Positions 11,001 to 25,844 of a stretch of DNA of 64,000 bases are shown piece after piece (position 1 is the stretch's first letter; the number at the start of each line of letters is the position of its first letter). The notes under the pieces are model-generated. The model saw only the letters and a list, made by a program, of their open reading frames with translations. It had not been told where the DNA came from and made no database searches. The DNA comes from Octopus bimaculoides (taxonomy: Eukaryota). The translations under genes were made by a program, and so were the position numbers. The stretch is from the NCBI RefSeq assembly GCF_001194135.2, contig NC_069009.1:953450-1017449 (forward strand). The letters are read 5' to 3'.

Positions 11001-13504
11001 GCAATAAATTTAAGGGTTGGGGGGGGGGTACTCATGTCGAAGTTATGCCTCCTAAAATGTGTACCTGGGTACGCATGGTTAATGACAGTCTTATAAATTA
11101 ATTAAATTAATGACCACGATGGTATTTGCGATGCATTAATTTACACTCGTCTCTCTCCCAATCTGTACAGGATGGTTGGTACACCACCACAACACAAACA
11201 TCTTTAAAATAACTTATAAAACAATTTCAAAATAAACTTTTAGCTTCATTGTAGAGTTTAGTCGAGTACTAACGAGGTTTTATTTTCATTTCATTAAACA
11301 GACAGCAGTGTGTTTAACTTTCTGAATGTTAAAACGAAATATCGCCTTAATTATTAATTTAATTCAATCATTGACAGCAAATATAATTAATATTGGCATC
11401 TCTAACCAGCAATATCAAAAGCTTTTCAATTACCGATGTTCCCCTTAATTTTAGTAGATAATCTGTAATATATATATATATATATATCTTACCTTTTTTT
11501 GGTAGTATTTACAGCAAAAGATCGTCTATATGAACAGCAATACATACAACATTACTCGTTGTTTAGGCGCGAAGCTATGGGAGGTAAGCACTTGACAACG
11601 GAAATTTTGAAAAACCGACTGGGAAATATGAACAACGAAAAGAACTAAGTTTCTGTACATAAGCTGAAAGATGTGGTTTAAGTACCCTGTATAACATTTT
11701 TTTTTTCTTGGTGGTGGTGGAATTTCAGAAAACTTTTGCGAACTTGTGTTCTGCACACGGGAATTCATACAATTAGGCAAACAAAATCGTGGGTGATTTA
11801 AGAGCGATTTTGCTGTTATTTTTAGCACATCACTTTGACGTATTGCCGTTTTCCAATATTTTTCTCTGCCTTGCCGACTTGCGGAGATAAAGCTTGTCTA
11901 TTGGTTCCATCACAAACGACCTTGATAATTTAGTAGGTTGACCTGACTACAAATCATTTTCTTACTATTGATCCGTAGACATTAAACAACTCCTTAATAA
12001 ATAAATCTAGACCAACGGAGCCGCGCCCTCCTCTCATGTTAGAAATATAGATAATTGGGTCACTGGAGTCAGTTACTCTCCCCGCCCCCTAAAACCTCTA
12101 CTAACCCTTAAATTTCTCTGTTCTGATCAAGTGTGAAAGTAGACACAAGCCCCACGGTTATATTTTTCTATTATTTTTTCGTTTTTATTTTTTGTTCACC
12201 TATTACTTGTTCCAGTCATTAGACTGCGGCCATACTGGGGCACCACATTGAAGAATTTTTAGTTGAACGTATCGACCCCAGAATTTTTTTTTTCCCCTTT
12301 TACTCGTTTCAGTCATTGGACCAGCTTGAAGAAGTTTTGGTCGCAGAAAAATCAGCATTTTAAAATATATATTTAGAGTCTTTTGTTTTTTTTTCTCTCA
12401 GCACTTTCAAATTAATGAGAATAAGTTGAACTTTCTCTGGCCGTTGAAGGTCTAACAGAAACCTAGTCATTCTAACATACTTTCTTATCATTTACCTAAA
12501 TAGGGAGATGGGTGTTTCTCCATAAAAATGACAAATTCTGGTTTTTGTGATAAAGAGAAATAACCCAGAAATCGTGATATACAGATATTGCTTTGAGCTG
12601 AATGGTGGGGTGCTAGATTCCCTTGTTCGAAAATATAAGGACACAGATCATGTCGTATAGCCAGCTGGAGACGCTGTCTCCTAGGGCTAAATTACAGTAA
12701 CATTCGTCCTAAACCAGGACTGCCATGTTATGTTGGCAAAAATTTTTCCTCCAAAGTAGCGTTGCTGAATATAATATAAAAAAAATATACATGCATATAT
12801 AAATATATATATATATATATACATACACACACACACACACATATATATATGACAGACTTCTTTCAGTTTCTATCAACCAAATCCACTCACAAGATTTTGG
12901 TCAGCCCGCAGCTAAAGTAGAAGACACTTGCCTAAGGAAGCCATGCAATGGGACTGAACCCTGAACCATGTGGTTAGGGAGCAAGCTTCTTACCATACAG
13001 TCACACCTGTGCCTATAATGAAGTATTCCCATTTATGGTGTGCGTATATATTTCTAGCATAATAACCTATAAGGTAATGTTATCACTGAAACATGAAAAG
13101 ACATCTGTCATACACACAACTGGACAAACATTAATAGTAATTTTTTATTCATTCAGAAAATATCTTAAATGGAATATATATGAATATTATGAAAGAACAG
13201 ATTTTATTAAAAATATCAGAATGGTAGATATTGATAAGAAGATATAAAAAATATAGGGTTAGCAACTTGTTAGAACATGCTGTTATACATTTATTGTTGT
13301 ATAAGACATTCCTTTCAACAAATGACTTTTGATATTAATACAGTCACTTGAGAAATATAGATGTAGTTAATTGTCTTTTTTGAGAGGATATACCACAGAA
13401 TCAGTTACATGGTTTCTCTTCCATATGAATGTGTCTGTGTTTATCTTAGAGATTTATTTGAGAGAAAGGTTCACCACAGATGCCACAATGACATGGTTTC
13501 TCTC

Positions 13505-14863
13505 CTAATGAATGAGTCTGTGAGTAGTCAAGTGATCTATTTCAAAGAATGATTCACCACAGACATCACAACGATGTGATTTCACTCCTGAATGAACACA
13601 TTTGTGTCTACTTAAATGTCCCTTTTGAGTGAATGATTTACTGCAGATATCACAGTGATATGGCTTCTCACCTGTATGGATAAGCTTGTGTTTAGTTAAG
13701 CTAACTTTTATAGAGAATGATTTACCACAGATATCACAGTGATATGGTTTCTCTCCTGTATGAGTACGTTTATGTACAGTTACATTACTTTTTTGAGCGA
13801 ATGATTTACTACAGATATCACATTGATATGGCTTCTCTCCTGTATGAGTAAGTTTGTGTGTAGCTAACTTATCTCTCACAGAGAATAATTTACCACAGAT
13901 ATCACACTGAAAAGGTCTCTCGCCTGTATGAATAAGTTGGTGAGTAGTTAAGTCACTGTTTCGAGAGAATGATTTACTACAGATATTGCAATGATATGGT
14001 TTCTCTCCTGTATGAATACGTTTATGTACAGTTACAGCACTTCTGTGAACGAATGATTTACCACATATATCACAATCATATGGCTTCTCTCCTGTATGAG
14101 TAAGTTTGTGTGCAGCTAAGTTAACTCTCACAGAAAATGATTTACCACAGATGTCACAGTCATATGGTTTCTCTCCTGTATGAATACGTTTATGTACAGT
14201 TACAGCACTGCTTTGAGTGAATGATTTACCACAAATATCACAATGATATGGCTTCTCTCCTGTATGAGTAAGTATGTGTGTAGTTAAAGTTGCTTTTAGG
14301 GAGAATGCTTTCCCACAAGTATCACAGCAATATGGCTTCTCTCCTGTATGAATACGTATGTGTTTAGCTAAGTTAACTTTCACAGAGAATGATTTATCAC
14401 ATATATCACAATGATATGGCTTCTCTCCTGTATGAGTAAGTTTGTGTGTCGATAAATGCTGCTTTTGGGAGAATGATTTTCCACAAATATCACAGTGATG
14501 CAGCTTCTCTTCTGTATGAATACGTTTGTGAAGAGTAACTTTACTACTTTTAGAGAATGGTTTACCACAGCTATCATAATGATACAGGTTCACTCCTGAA
14601 TGAACATGTTTGTGTACAGTTAGGCTGCTTTTGTGAGTAAATGATTTACCACAGACATCACAGCGATATGGTGGCTCTCCAATATGAATGAGTTTATGAA
14701 TATCCAATGCATTATTTGTAGAGAATGATTTACCACAGATATCACAATGATATAGTTTTTGTCCCATGTGAATATTTCTGTGAATAGTTAGGTTACCTTT
14801 TTTAGAGAATGATTTTTCACAGATATCACAGTGGTATACAGATTTTCCTCTTTCTTTGGGCAT
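13505..14863 (-). CDS. Tandem C2H2 zinc-finger protein, 16 fingers (1 degenerate)
   Basis: ORF 13505-14884; first ATG 14863 (MPKERGK). The homologous 5' acceptor is visible at ~15390-15410, beyond the N gap. Confidence 0.9.
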   Translation of the reverse strand: MPKERGKSVYHCDICEKSFSKKGNLTIHRNIHMGQKLYHCDICGKSFSTNNALDIHKLIHIGEPPYRCDVCGKSFTHKSSLTVHKHVHSGVNLYHYDSCGKPFSKSSKVTLHKRIHTEEKLHHCDICGKSFSQKQHLSTHKLTHTGEKPYHCDICDKSFSVKVNLAKHIRIHTGEKPYCCDTCGKAFSLKATLTTHILTHTGEKPYHCDICGKSFTQSSAVTVHKRIHTGEKPYDCDICGKSFSVRVNLAAHKLTHTGEKPYDCDICGKSFVHRSAVTVHKRIHTGEKPYHCNICSKSFSRNSDLTTHQLIHTGERPFQCDICGKLFSVRDKLATHKLTHTGEKPYQCDICSKSFAQKSNVTVHKRTHTGEKPYHCDICGKSFSIKVSLTKHKLIHTGEKPYHCDICSKSFTQKGHLSRHKCVHSGVKSHRCDVCGESFFEIDHLTTHRLIH

Positions 14864-16439
14864 CTCTGCAGGTAAAACTAACAAAACTCAAAGTTTCTCA
14901 CACAATTCCTCTTTCTGTAATTTTTTTCTTCAACAAAATGTCTGGAAATTTTCTTTCTTCTTGTTTTTATATTTTATTCCTAACAAATATTACAACTGCT
15001 ATATTATTATCAAATATAAGCTTTACTGATATCTTTAAGATGTTGCAAACGTCTTTACAAATTTATCCAAGTTTATTCAGAATTCAAATTTNNNNNNNNN
15101 NNNNNNNNNNNNNNNNNNNNNNNNNNNNNNNNNNNNNNNNNNNNNNNNNNNNNNNNNNNNNNNNNNNNNNNNNNNNNNNNNNNNNNNNNNNNNNNNNNNN
15201 NNNNNNNNNNNNNNNNNNNNNNNNNNNNNNNNNNNNNNNNNNNNNNNNNNNNNNNNNNNNNNNNNNNNNNNNNNNNNNNNNNNNNNNNNNNNNNNNNNNN
15301 NNNNNNNNNNNNNNNNNNNNNNNNNNNNNNNNNNNNNNNNNNNNNNNNNNNNNNNNNNNNNNNNNNNNNNNNNNNNNNNNNNNCTGATATTCTGAAATGA
15401 TAGAGAAACAACAGTTTAAGATAGAGTGTAGCATTGGTTATGACAAAGACTTGGTGTTCATTTATATACAACATTTATTACTAAATTTTTAACAAGGCTT
15501 CATGAAAATCAAGAGTCCATCTTATATGGACATTGTATTTGAGAGGAGTTGAAGGTCTTCAACACAATTTTTGTCCTTGAGTAGCAATTGTTATTTCCTA
15601 GAAAGTATGAAAAGTAGCTAATATCTCCTTCAAACTTTTCTTTTGTAATGATATTTATTCAAACCGCAAATAATCCCTCTAAACACATAACTATGGCACT
15701 CCCCCACTACTCTCTTGCTCGTTATCATAGATTGTTAGTCACTAAGGGATATGCCATTTTTGTCCATAGCCTTCACGAAATTCTTCATTAAATCAAACTT
15801 GATATGTTGAAAGGAAGAAGTACCTTTTTTCATGTCACCCGAAGACTTTCTTGGACACTGTGTTCACCAGGAACGAAAGTGCTCCCAGATCCGCAATCGT
15901 GAAATGTAATTACAAAAACCCTTAAATCACACAATTCACATATTTTTTTTTGTTTGCATAGTCGTATATAAATTCCCGTGTGTAGAACACAAATTCGCAA
16001 AGAATTTCTGAAAGTTTTTTTTAAAAAGAAGGCAGTTACGAGAGGTTATATGGCGTGCTTAAACCAGAATTTCGCCATTCCAATTTTTAAAGTTCGCATT
16101 TACTTTACGTTATGTGAGACCCTTACGTATATGGATTAAAACAATTTTTATCTGTTCTATAACACAAAATATACAAGTATACGAAGTTTGAAAGTGTTTC
16201 GGTACCAAAAACACGACATAAAACATAAATGAAAAGTGTTGCTCATCAATTCAGAAGGATCCACTTTGTTTACTTCCGGTTTTGAAGACAAACCTATTTA
16301 AACTAATTTTATAATAAATTTTAATTAATTCTGATATAATTAACGCGGCCTTCATTCGTTTCGGCTCGACGAAGCCAAAACAAAAAGTCGCTTGTTTCCG
16401 TGACAACTCGACAATTCACTTCGGATATCTTCGTGACCT

Positions 16440-17110
16440 CCGTTCTTGTCTGTGCGTGTGTGTTCGCTTGTTGTTGCCTCTGTGTCTGTGTGTCCGTACC
16501 GCTTTTTGTGTCTGTGTCTGTGTGCGTGCTTGTTCTTGCCTCTGTGTCTGCGTGTGTGCTTAATCTAGCCTCTGTGTCTGTGTGTCCGTACCGCTTTTTG
16601 CCTCTGTGTCTGTGTGCGTGCTTGTTCTTGCCTCTGTGTCTGCGTGTGCGTGTGTGCTTAATCTAGCCTCTGTGTCTGTGTGTCCGNNNNNNNNNNNNNN
16701 NNNNNNNNNNNNNNNNNNNNNNNNNNNNNNNNNNNNNNNNNNNNNNNNNNNNNNNNNNNNNNNNNNNNNNNNNNNNNNNNNNNNNNNNNNNNNNNNNNNN
16801 NNNNNNNNNNNNNNTCTGTGTCTGTGTGCGTGCTTGTTCTTGCCTCTGTGTCTGCGTGTGTGCTTAATCTAGCCTCTGTGTCTGTGTGTCCGTTCCTGTT
16901 CTTGCCTCTGTGTCTGCGCGTGCGTGTGTGCTTAATCTAGCCTCTGTGTCTGTGTGTCCGTGCTGCTTTTTGCCTCTGTGTCTGTGTGTCCGTTCCTGTT
17001 CTTGCCTCTGTGTCTCCCTGTGCGTGTGTGCTTTTCTGGCCTCTGTCTCCCTGTGCGTGTGTGCTTTTCTGGCCTCTGTGTCTGTGTGTCCGTGCCGCTT
17101 TTTGCCCGTC
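16440..17110. repeat. TG-rich minisatellite (TCTGTGTCTG...CTTAATCTAGCC units), interrupted by an N gap
   Basis: Directly visible tandem units. Confidence 0.9.
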
Positions 17111-18119
17111 AATTCAGAAAGATCCAAAACAACGATTATTTTCTTCCCTCCGATAACTTACTGAACACATAAAAATAAAAGTTGATGTGAATAATACCGA
17201 CACATTTATAAAAAAATCTACTGTACAGAGTGACGTCATAATGAGAACTTCAGCCAAGGTAGACAATGACAGAATATTTATAACACTTACGTATTATATA
17301 ATAGACCCAATGTGGAGGAGGAAGATATCACAATAAATCCAAAGTGGACAAAGATAGTAAACAGGTAATATAGAGATCCAGCGAGGAAGAATTCGCAAGT
17401 CAGAACTTAAGCCAAGGTAAACAATGACAGCTTCGTAAGAACTTCTAGGTTTTACTATGAACGTTATATTTTTAAGATCAACGTAACAAAGAATGCAGTA
17501 GATAATTTCTTGACATAGTTAATAAGCAATCATGTCTATTAAATTAAATCTCAGCTAATTATCTGTTAAATGGATGTGGCAGGTAATGTAGACGAGGATC
17601 CACCAACCGCACGGAATAAAGGAAGAGAAATATTGCGGAAGGTCAAAGGTTGTCAGGGGGAAGTAACTCTACATTTAACCTGGATTATTTAGAGTTCAGT
17701 TAGTATATCAGTTACGTGTGGTGGTCCTACATGTAACTGGGAAGGAAATAGACCAAATGATGATTATTTTTCAACATAGTCACCCCGCCCACCCCTGTGT
17801 TCCTACCCTCGAAGCTGCAGTCTTTGCATTCCATTGGTGAAGAGCTTTTATCCTACTTCGTCGTTACTGCAATACTAGTTCCCAGGTGTTTTTTTACTTT
17901 CATGTTGGGCTGGGCCGTCGAGGCCCTAAGCACTTTTGGTGCTTCCATAAAAGATTATGTAATCCAAAATATAAACAATATTAAACGATAAAATAAAACT
18001 TTTTTTTTTTTGAAAAAAGCGAAATAAAATAGTAAGTGGGAAAATAATGTTTATTTCCACTTTATTAATATTTGAAAAGTTTACTCCTACTTTTTTTGAA
18101 GTGCAAAGTCTCTGATCAG

Positions 18120-18415
18120 ATCCACATAATGAATCTCCTCTGAGGCACAAGTCAGGGCAAGGTCGTTTATAGGACATCAGTCACCCATGCATACTAGCTT
18201 CCCCTCCCCACACCACCAATGTTGTCCTAGGGAATGGCAAAGGCCACTACAGCTTGGCCTCGGTGACATTGCAGCTTATTTCTGCAGCTGAGTGAACTGG
18301 AGCAACATGTAATAGAGTATCTTGCTCAAGAACACAATACATAGCTTGGTATGGGAATTGAACTCACTACCTCATAATTGTGAGCCCAATGCACTAAGCC
18401 ATATGCCTTCACATA
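18120..18415 (-). mobile_element. SINE, inverted paralog of 676-945
   Basis: CTGGAGCAACATG...CTTGCTCAAGAACAC...GGGAATTGAACTCAC is the reverse complement of the 676-945 copy. Confidence 0.6.
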
Positions 18416-19862
18416 CATGTATATGTGAAGGAGCATAGCTTCATATATATATATATATATATTTGACAGGAAGGACAACAAAAGAAAGAAAGAGACCTTG
18501 ATATGTAAATAGAGGAATTTATCTGTAAAAATATGTGACACTTATTCAGTAGCCATGATAGAACTCCGAGTTTNNNNNNNNNNNNNNNNNNNNNNNNNNN
18601 NNNNNNNNNNNNNNNNNNNNNNNNNNNNNNNNNNNNNNNNNNNNNNNNNNNNNNNNNNNNNNNNNNNNNNNNNNNNNNNNNNNNNNNNNNNNNNNNNNNN
18701 NNNNNNNNNNNNNNNNNNNNNNNNNNNNNNNNNNNNNNNNNNNNNNNNNNNNNNNNNNNNNNNNNNNNNNNNNNNNNNNNNNNNNNNNNNNNNNNNNNNN
18801 NNNTCACATACATGTATATGTGAAGGAGCATAGCTTCATATATATATATATATATATTGTGCCACTCCCTGTAAGAGGCATCTGTGCTAGTTCATGTAAA
18901 AAACACACATGCCGATCCATGTGGTTATTCGACTTATCCCCTTCCCCTGAAATTGCTGGCCTTGTGCCAAAATAATTTCAGAGACAATAATGCCTTGATA
19001 TATGAGTTAATCTAATCCTGGAGACTGCTCCTAAAGTGAAAACTCATTAAGCAAAGCAATAATTTCCCATAGAAGCAATGTTATAAATTGTAATTCATTC
19101 CCAGAAAACTATTTTACCTCTAAAATTTATAATACTTGTAAATAAATGACAATAAAACAACAGAAGAATGTAAAGAATATTTTATTTAAAGTAAAAACAA
19201 TGTTCAGAGCATTTATAAGAAAAACAAATATTATTTATAATTGTTTTCTGAATCACTTTCACTCACACTAGACTTGCACATCACTTGATCATTTATAAGA
19301 ATATTATTATTATTCCACATCATCACAGATCATTTATAAGAATATTATTATTCTAATTGTTTTTGCGTGGATTTTCCTGCATTTTATATTTTTCACTATA
19401 TATGTGTGTGTGTGTGTATGAAAAAGTTGAATTATATTTCATCCTTTAATTTGGAGGATTCCAGAAAATGATTTCTAATATAGATTCTTCATATTTTGCT
19501 GGTGTAAGTTTGCGAATATGAAAATAATACTTGTATATGGTGTGTTGTGTAAACTTATGGAAAGGAATCCCATAGAACTCAACAAATTTGTTAAAAGTGG
19601 AGAAGAGAATATGTTAAAATTTAAGAGAATTTTAATTCACGCATATGATCGTTTCAAACAGCGATATTAAAATCATGCAAATTTATGGTTGCGGAAGGTG
19701 GTCTCATTCACTTCTCCTCCACTTATGTCGTCCGATGAAGCGACGGTACTGCGAACATCCAAGACGTGACGTGGCATTCCATCCACAGAAATGTAAGGAT
19801 GACCCTGGTCTCCCTTTCGTCTCTCACACATCAAAGGGTGGACATGGAAATAATTATGACAG

Positions 19863-20894
19863 TCACTGGTATTGTTTCTTTCTCATATGACTGCGCTTGT
19901 GAGTACTAAAGCTGCTTCTATGAGCAAATGATTTACCGCAGATATCACAATGATATGGCTTCTCACCTGTGTGAGTACGCGTGTGAGTACCAAAGCTGCT
20001 TCTATGAGCAAATGATTTACCGCAGATATCACAATGATATGGCTTCTCACCTGTGTGAGTACGCTTGTGATCAATCAAAGTACCATATCCAGAGAATGAT
20101 TTACCACAGGTATCACAGCAATATGGCTTCTCTCCTGTATGAACACGTTTGTGAATAGTTACGTGACTAGATGAAGAGAATGATTTCCCACAGATTTCAC
20201 ACTGATATGGGTCCTCGCCTGAATGAATGCCTTTATGAACAGTTAAGGCACGTCCATAATAGAATGATTTACCACAGATATCGCAATTATATGGTTTCTC
20301 TCCTGTATGAATGTATTTGTGTCTATTTAGGTAACTATTTTCATAGAATGATTTACCACAGATATCACAGCGATATGGCTTTTCTCCTGTATGAATGCGT
20401 TCGTGAGTAGTCAAATGATAAATATCATGAAATGATTTACCACAGAGGTCACAGTGTAGATATTTTCCTCTTATGTGAAGCTGTTTGTGTGTCGTTAAAT
20501 TAGAAGCTTGCGAGAATGACTTACCACAGATATCACAGAAATAGGGCGTCTCACCTGTATGAATACGTCGGTGAGTAGTCAAGTTACCTCTCCGAGTGAA
20601 CGACTTACCACAGATATCACAGTTATGTGGTTTTTCACCTGTATGAATACGTTGGTGACGGACTAAGTCATTTTTTCCATTGAATAATTTACCACAGCTA
20701 TCACAATGATATGGCTTCTCTCCCGTATGAATACGTCGGTGAGTGCCTAAGCTACCTTTCTGAGTTAATATTTTACCACAGATATCACATTCAAATGTTG
20801 TTTTGCCCTTTTCATTCTTTACATCATTAGAAAAATCAATTTTTTCAGCTTGTTTTTTACATTCATCTTCACACCTATATAATTCATTTTCCAT
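19863..20894 (-). CDS. Tandem C2H2 zinc-finger protein, 11 fingers; frame open upstream to 21020
   Basis: MENELY start, TGEKPY linkers; the last two fingers are a near-identical 84-bp duplication. Confidence 0.92.
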   Translation of the reverse strand: MENELYRCEDECKKQAEKIDFSNDVKNEKGKTTFECDICGKILTQKGSLGTHRRIHTGEKPYHCDSCGKLFNGKNDLVRHQRIHTGEKPHNCDICGKSFTRRGNLTTHRRIHTGETPYFCDICGKSFSQASNLTTHKQLHIRGKYLHCDLCGKSFHDIYHLTTHERIHTGEKPYRCDICGKSFYENSYLNRHKYIHTGEKPYNCDICGKSFYYGRALTVHKGIHSGEDPYQCEICGKSFSSSSHVTIHKRVHTGEKPYCCDTCGKSFSGYGTLIDHKRTHTGEKPYHCDICGKSFAHRSSFGTHTRTHTGEKPYHCDICGKSFAHRSSFSTHKRSHMRKKQYQ

Positions 20895-21398
20895 AATCTT
20901 CCTTTCTCTTGTCACAGTACACAAATATTTTCCTTCCTTTTGTATATTGCTCTTAACAAATATTTCTACTGATATATCTCCGTCATTAATAATCTTCGTT
21001 AATATCTGAAGATGCTGCAAACTGCCTTGTTAATTACTTTAACTCATTAACATTCAGATTACTCTGTCAAATGTAATACTTATTTAAATTCTTGTGAATT
21101 AATCATTCATTATCTTATAGCTTTAAGATTCCACTGATATATTGTTTATATCTAGAATGACATTGTAGGATGGGTGTGAGGGCTGGGATCTGGCAGGTTT
21201 GAATAAAGAATATGTAGATATTTTATTGAAATATGGCCGGTTTAACCTTTTAGCATTCAGATTCCTTTGTCAAATTTAATGCTTATTTATTCATATTGTC
21301 TTGAATGAATTATAGATCATCTCATAGCTTTGAGATTTCAGTGATGTGATTACTTCTTTCAGTTCAGCAGATATATTTTGCAATAATTCCGTATATAT

Positions 21399-21434
21399 TT
21401 ATAGAAACAGGGTTATACGTGTTATGTATAACAT
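21399..21434 (-). promoter_or_regulatory. Candidate uORF MLYITRITLFL*
   Basis: Nucleotide-identical to 2802-2837. Confidence 0.5.
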
Positions 21435-21764
21435 CTTTGCTCAGTCTTTAAGATGTTCAATACGAATGACATTGTTTATATAAAAATTCTGTGATGCAGA
21501 TGTCATTTTATAATCTGAAACGAAAGAGAAACAACAGTGTCAAACATACAAGATAATTAGAGATTAGAGAGATTAAAAGATTGCAAGTTTTACTACATTT
21601 TTATATAGACATGATCATAAAGGTGCAGGCATGGTTGTGTGGTAAGAAATTTGCATCCCAACCACATGGTTCTGGGTTCAGTCCCAGAGTGGCCAATCAA
21701 AGCCTTGGGAGAGGATTTGGTAGATGGAAACTCAAAGAAGCTTGACACATACAACGGGCTTCTT

Positions 21765-22145
21765 TCATTGCTCTTTGGTCAGTCCTGATCGGGGGCAACA
21801 TGTCGTACCAGAATATTGTTTCCAGTGGTGAGATGTGTCCCCTCTCCACCATGGCCTTGACTGTTCGATGAGGTCTCTGCACAATCCCATTTCCACTTGG
21901 CCTGTATGCCATTCTGCAAAAACATGCACTTTCCACCTATCAAGTATCTCCTTCAGTGCCTCTGAATGAAACGTTGTGCTGTTATCCATACGTCCCTGCT
22001 GCTAAGAATACATCATTTACAATATGTGCCCTCTCGTCCACAGTACCTGCTCTCAGTTCGCTCCAAACGGCAATCCAGCCTGGCCCAGTCGACCATCGAG
22101 AGATATGTCCCTTGCCGGTAGTGTGTTACATCCACTGCTAGTCAT
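21765..22145 (-). mobile_element. Frameshifted LTR-retrotransposon (Gypsy-like) integrase relic
   Basis: Across frames: LAVDVTHY..YLSMVD / MDNSTTFHSEALKEILDRW / AYRPSGNGIVQRPHRTVK, resembling an rve D,D(35)E core. Confidence 0.75.
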
Positions 22146-22222
22146 CTAAAAAAAAAGGTGGAAACACTGAGACAAAAATGCACACATGAATATATTTAAA
22201 CTGACATATATTTAATATATTT

Positions 22223-22444
22223 AAGGCGGCGAACTGGCAGATTCGTTAGCACGCCGGGCGAAATACTTAGCGGTATTTCGTCTAGCGTTACGTTCTGAGT
22301 TCAAACTCCGCCGAGGTCAACTTTGCCTTTCATCCTTTCGGGGTCGATTAAATAAGAACCAGTTACGCACTGGGGTCGATGTAATCGACCGAAACTCCTT
22401 GTTTGTTCCCTATATGCTTAGCCCCGTGTGGGCAATAAAGAAAT
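22223..22444 (+). mobile_element. SINE (AAGGCGGCGAACTGGCAG...GAGTTCAAA family)
   Basis: Copies at ~23690-23860, 27650-27800, 38200-38360 (-), 47500-47615 (-) and 63231-63360. Confidence 0.75.
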
Positions 22445-22784
22445 GAATTAATTTAAACTGACACAAACTAACAATTCGTTTACAAAATTTGAACTTTCAT
22501 TTTGTCGATAAATGTGACAGGTAATGAATGAATACGAGCCAACCAAATTTATATTTTCATATTTAAATTCCGATAGAATTGTAATATACACATTCTGAAT
22601 GGTATTTATAGCAAATGTCATTAATACATATTCATTTTTCTATAACTTAATATTCATAATTTCAGCAGGTTTGGAATAGCATTTATAATTGGTAAAATGT
22701 AAATAAATCTTGAATATCCAAAGATTTCTGACTAACAGGTTTGTACAAAGAAAACGAACTTCAGTATAAAATCAAGATGAAATT

Positions 22785-23330
22785 ATTACTTTACTCACAA
22801 TTTAATCTCACTAGTTATCTTCCATAAAGTCCTTTCCCAGGCAGTTTTGATACAAAAATAGAAATTAATCGAGAAAAGTCAATAATTTTAGACGAGATCA
22901 AAGAACATCTGACAGAAGAAATAGCTCAAACAGAAAACTATGAAAATGGGGAATTTATAAAATATGTAATGGTTTTCTTTAAATACCGAAACGAAATTAG
23001 ATGATGCGGTGTTTCTTCTGGCTGTTTTATGTTCTGAGATCAAATGCAGCCAATGTAAATGTTTACCTTTCATTGCTTAGGAATTATTACTTTACTCACA
23101 ATTTAATCTCACTAGTTATCTTCCATAAAGTCCTTTCCCAGGCAGTTTTGATACAAAAATAGAAATTAATCGAGATCAAAGAACATCTGACAGAAGAAAT
23201 AACTCAAACAGAAAACTATGAAAATGGGGAATTTATAAAATATGTAATGGTTTACTTTAAATACCGAAACGAAATTAGGTGCTGCAGTGTTTTTTCAGGT
23301 TCTTTTATGTTCTGAGATCAAATCCTGCCG
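22785..23330. repeat. Recent ~300-bp direct tandem duplication within the ZNF upstream block
   Basis: ATTATTACTTTACTCACAATTTAATCTCACTAGTTATCTTCC occurs at ~22785 and ~23083; single copies at ~26845 and ~46480. Confidence 0.85.
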
Positions 23331-23554
23331 ATGTCAATTTTTACCTTTCGGTATCAATAAAATAACGATCCATCAAAAACAGAGATCGATGGTAGATACT
23401 TATCGCCCCACACCCCCAATATTAGGTCTATTGAAAAAAAAAAAACCTTTACGCCTAGCGGATAACTATAGAAATAATTATATCAAGGCGAACAACTCAC
23501 TAATCACTGATCTACCACCTTTAGAAAATCGAAAAATGTTTTAAAACTTATATT

Positions 23555-23674
23555 TATTACAGCCATATCACGTTGAATGCACTGGTTTTCGTGTGATCAC
23601 CGAAGTTAAGCTATGTCGAGCCTACCGAGTACTTAGATGGGTAACCGCTTGGGAGGCATACGTGATGAAAGCAT
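23555..23674 (+). rRNA. Full-length 5S rRNA-like sequence (probably a pseudogene)
   Basis: CAGCCATATCACGTTGAATGCACTGGTTTTCGTGTGATCACCGAAGTTAAGC...GAGTACTTAGATGGGTAACCGCTTGGGA; about 120 nt with TTTT shortly downstream. Terminal helix I pairs poorly. Confidence 0.8.
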
Positions 23675-24643
23675 CTCACTCACATTTTAAGGAAGCGAGG
23701 TGGCAGAATCGCTAGCGCGCTGGACAAAATGCTTCGCTACTTTCTGAGTTCAAATTCTGTCAAGATCGACTTTGCCTTTTATCCTATTGTGGTTGATAAA
23801 ATGAGTACCAGTTGAACACTGGACTCGATGTAATCCACTAGCCTACTCACCAGATTTCAGACGTTGTGCCTTTATAAGAGATTTTTACTAAAAGACATGA
23901 TTTAGTGTGAGAAAATGTTAACGTATATAGTTGGTGTGCATAGCATGGCCCCAACACGCATAAGAAAAGGACAAGGAGATGTAATCTTCCTTTTTCACAA
24001 ATATAACATTTATTACAGCAAAGTTAATACAGTTCATACAAATGCTCTCAAAATATATGACAATAAATTTCTGTTTGCCAAGAGGACAATAAATGTCTGT
24101 TTTAAATTTTAGTTAAAAGGGGAAATTAATCTATGTGCATACAAATGTCAGAACTATGCAAATGTGCTATGGAGCATGTTATATCCCACTTGTGTTTGCA
24201 GTACAAAATCGAATCACTTGCTCAAATTTAATGGTAAATCCAAAGAAAAGGTGGTGGTGGTTGGGGAATATGTGTGGTACAGCGGATAGAGGGTAATGTT
24301 TCATAAAAGTGTGAGGGGCTTATGAATGTACATGTGTGTGTGTGGGTGTATATTATTATATCCTTGCCTTGAGACTGTGTGATAATTGTAAACGAGTGTC
24401 ACTGCCATACAAGCAGAGTCCATCACCAATCTGCCACAAAAACATGTCTTGGTCAGGGGGAAATGTTATCTTACTTTGAAACAATTGAAGGTTGGCAACA
24501 AGAAGGCCATCTGGACAGAAAATCCACCTCAACAAATTGCATCTGATTCATGAGACAGAAGTAGACAGGAAAGCAACAATGGTTTGTCTCTAATATGAAT
24601 GTTCTTGTGATTAAAGCTGCTTATAAGAGCAAATGATTTGCTA

Positions 24644-25844
<1,201 letters not shown>

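Noticed and set aside
13150-13247. YERTDF similarity to the leader of the 3312 ZNF
   Set aside because: About 20 nt of AT-rich match, no fingers follow, and it is not extendable.
16400-17172. Cys/Val/Leu-rich ORFs (also 59123-59447, 51184-51566)
   Set aside because: Translations of TG/CA micro- and minisatellites.
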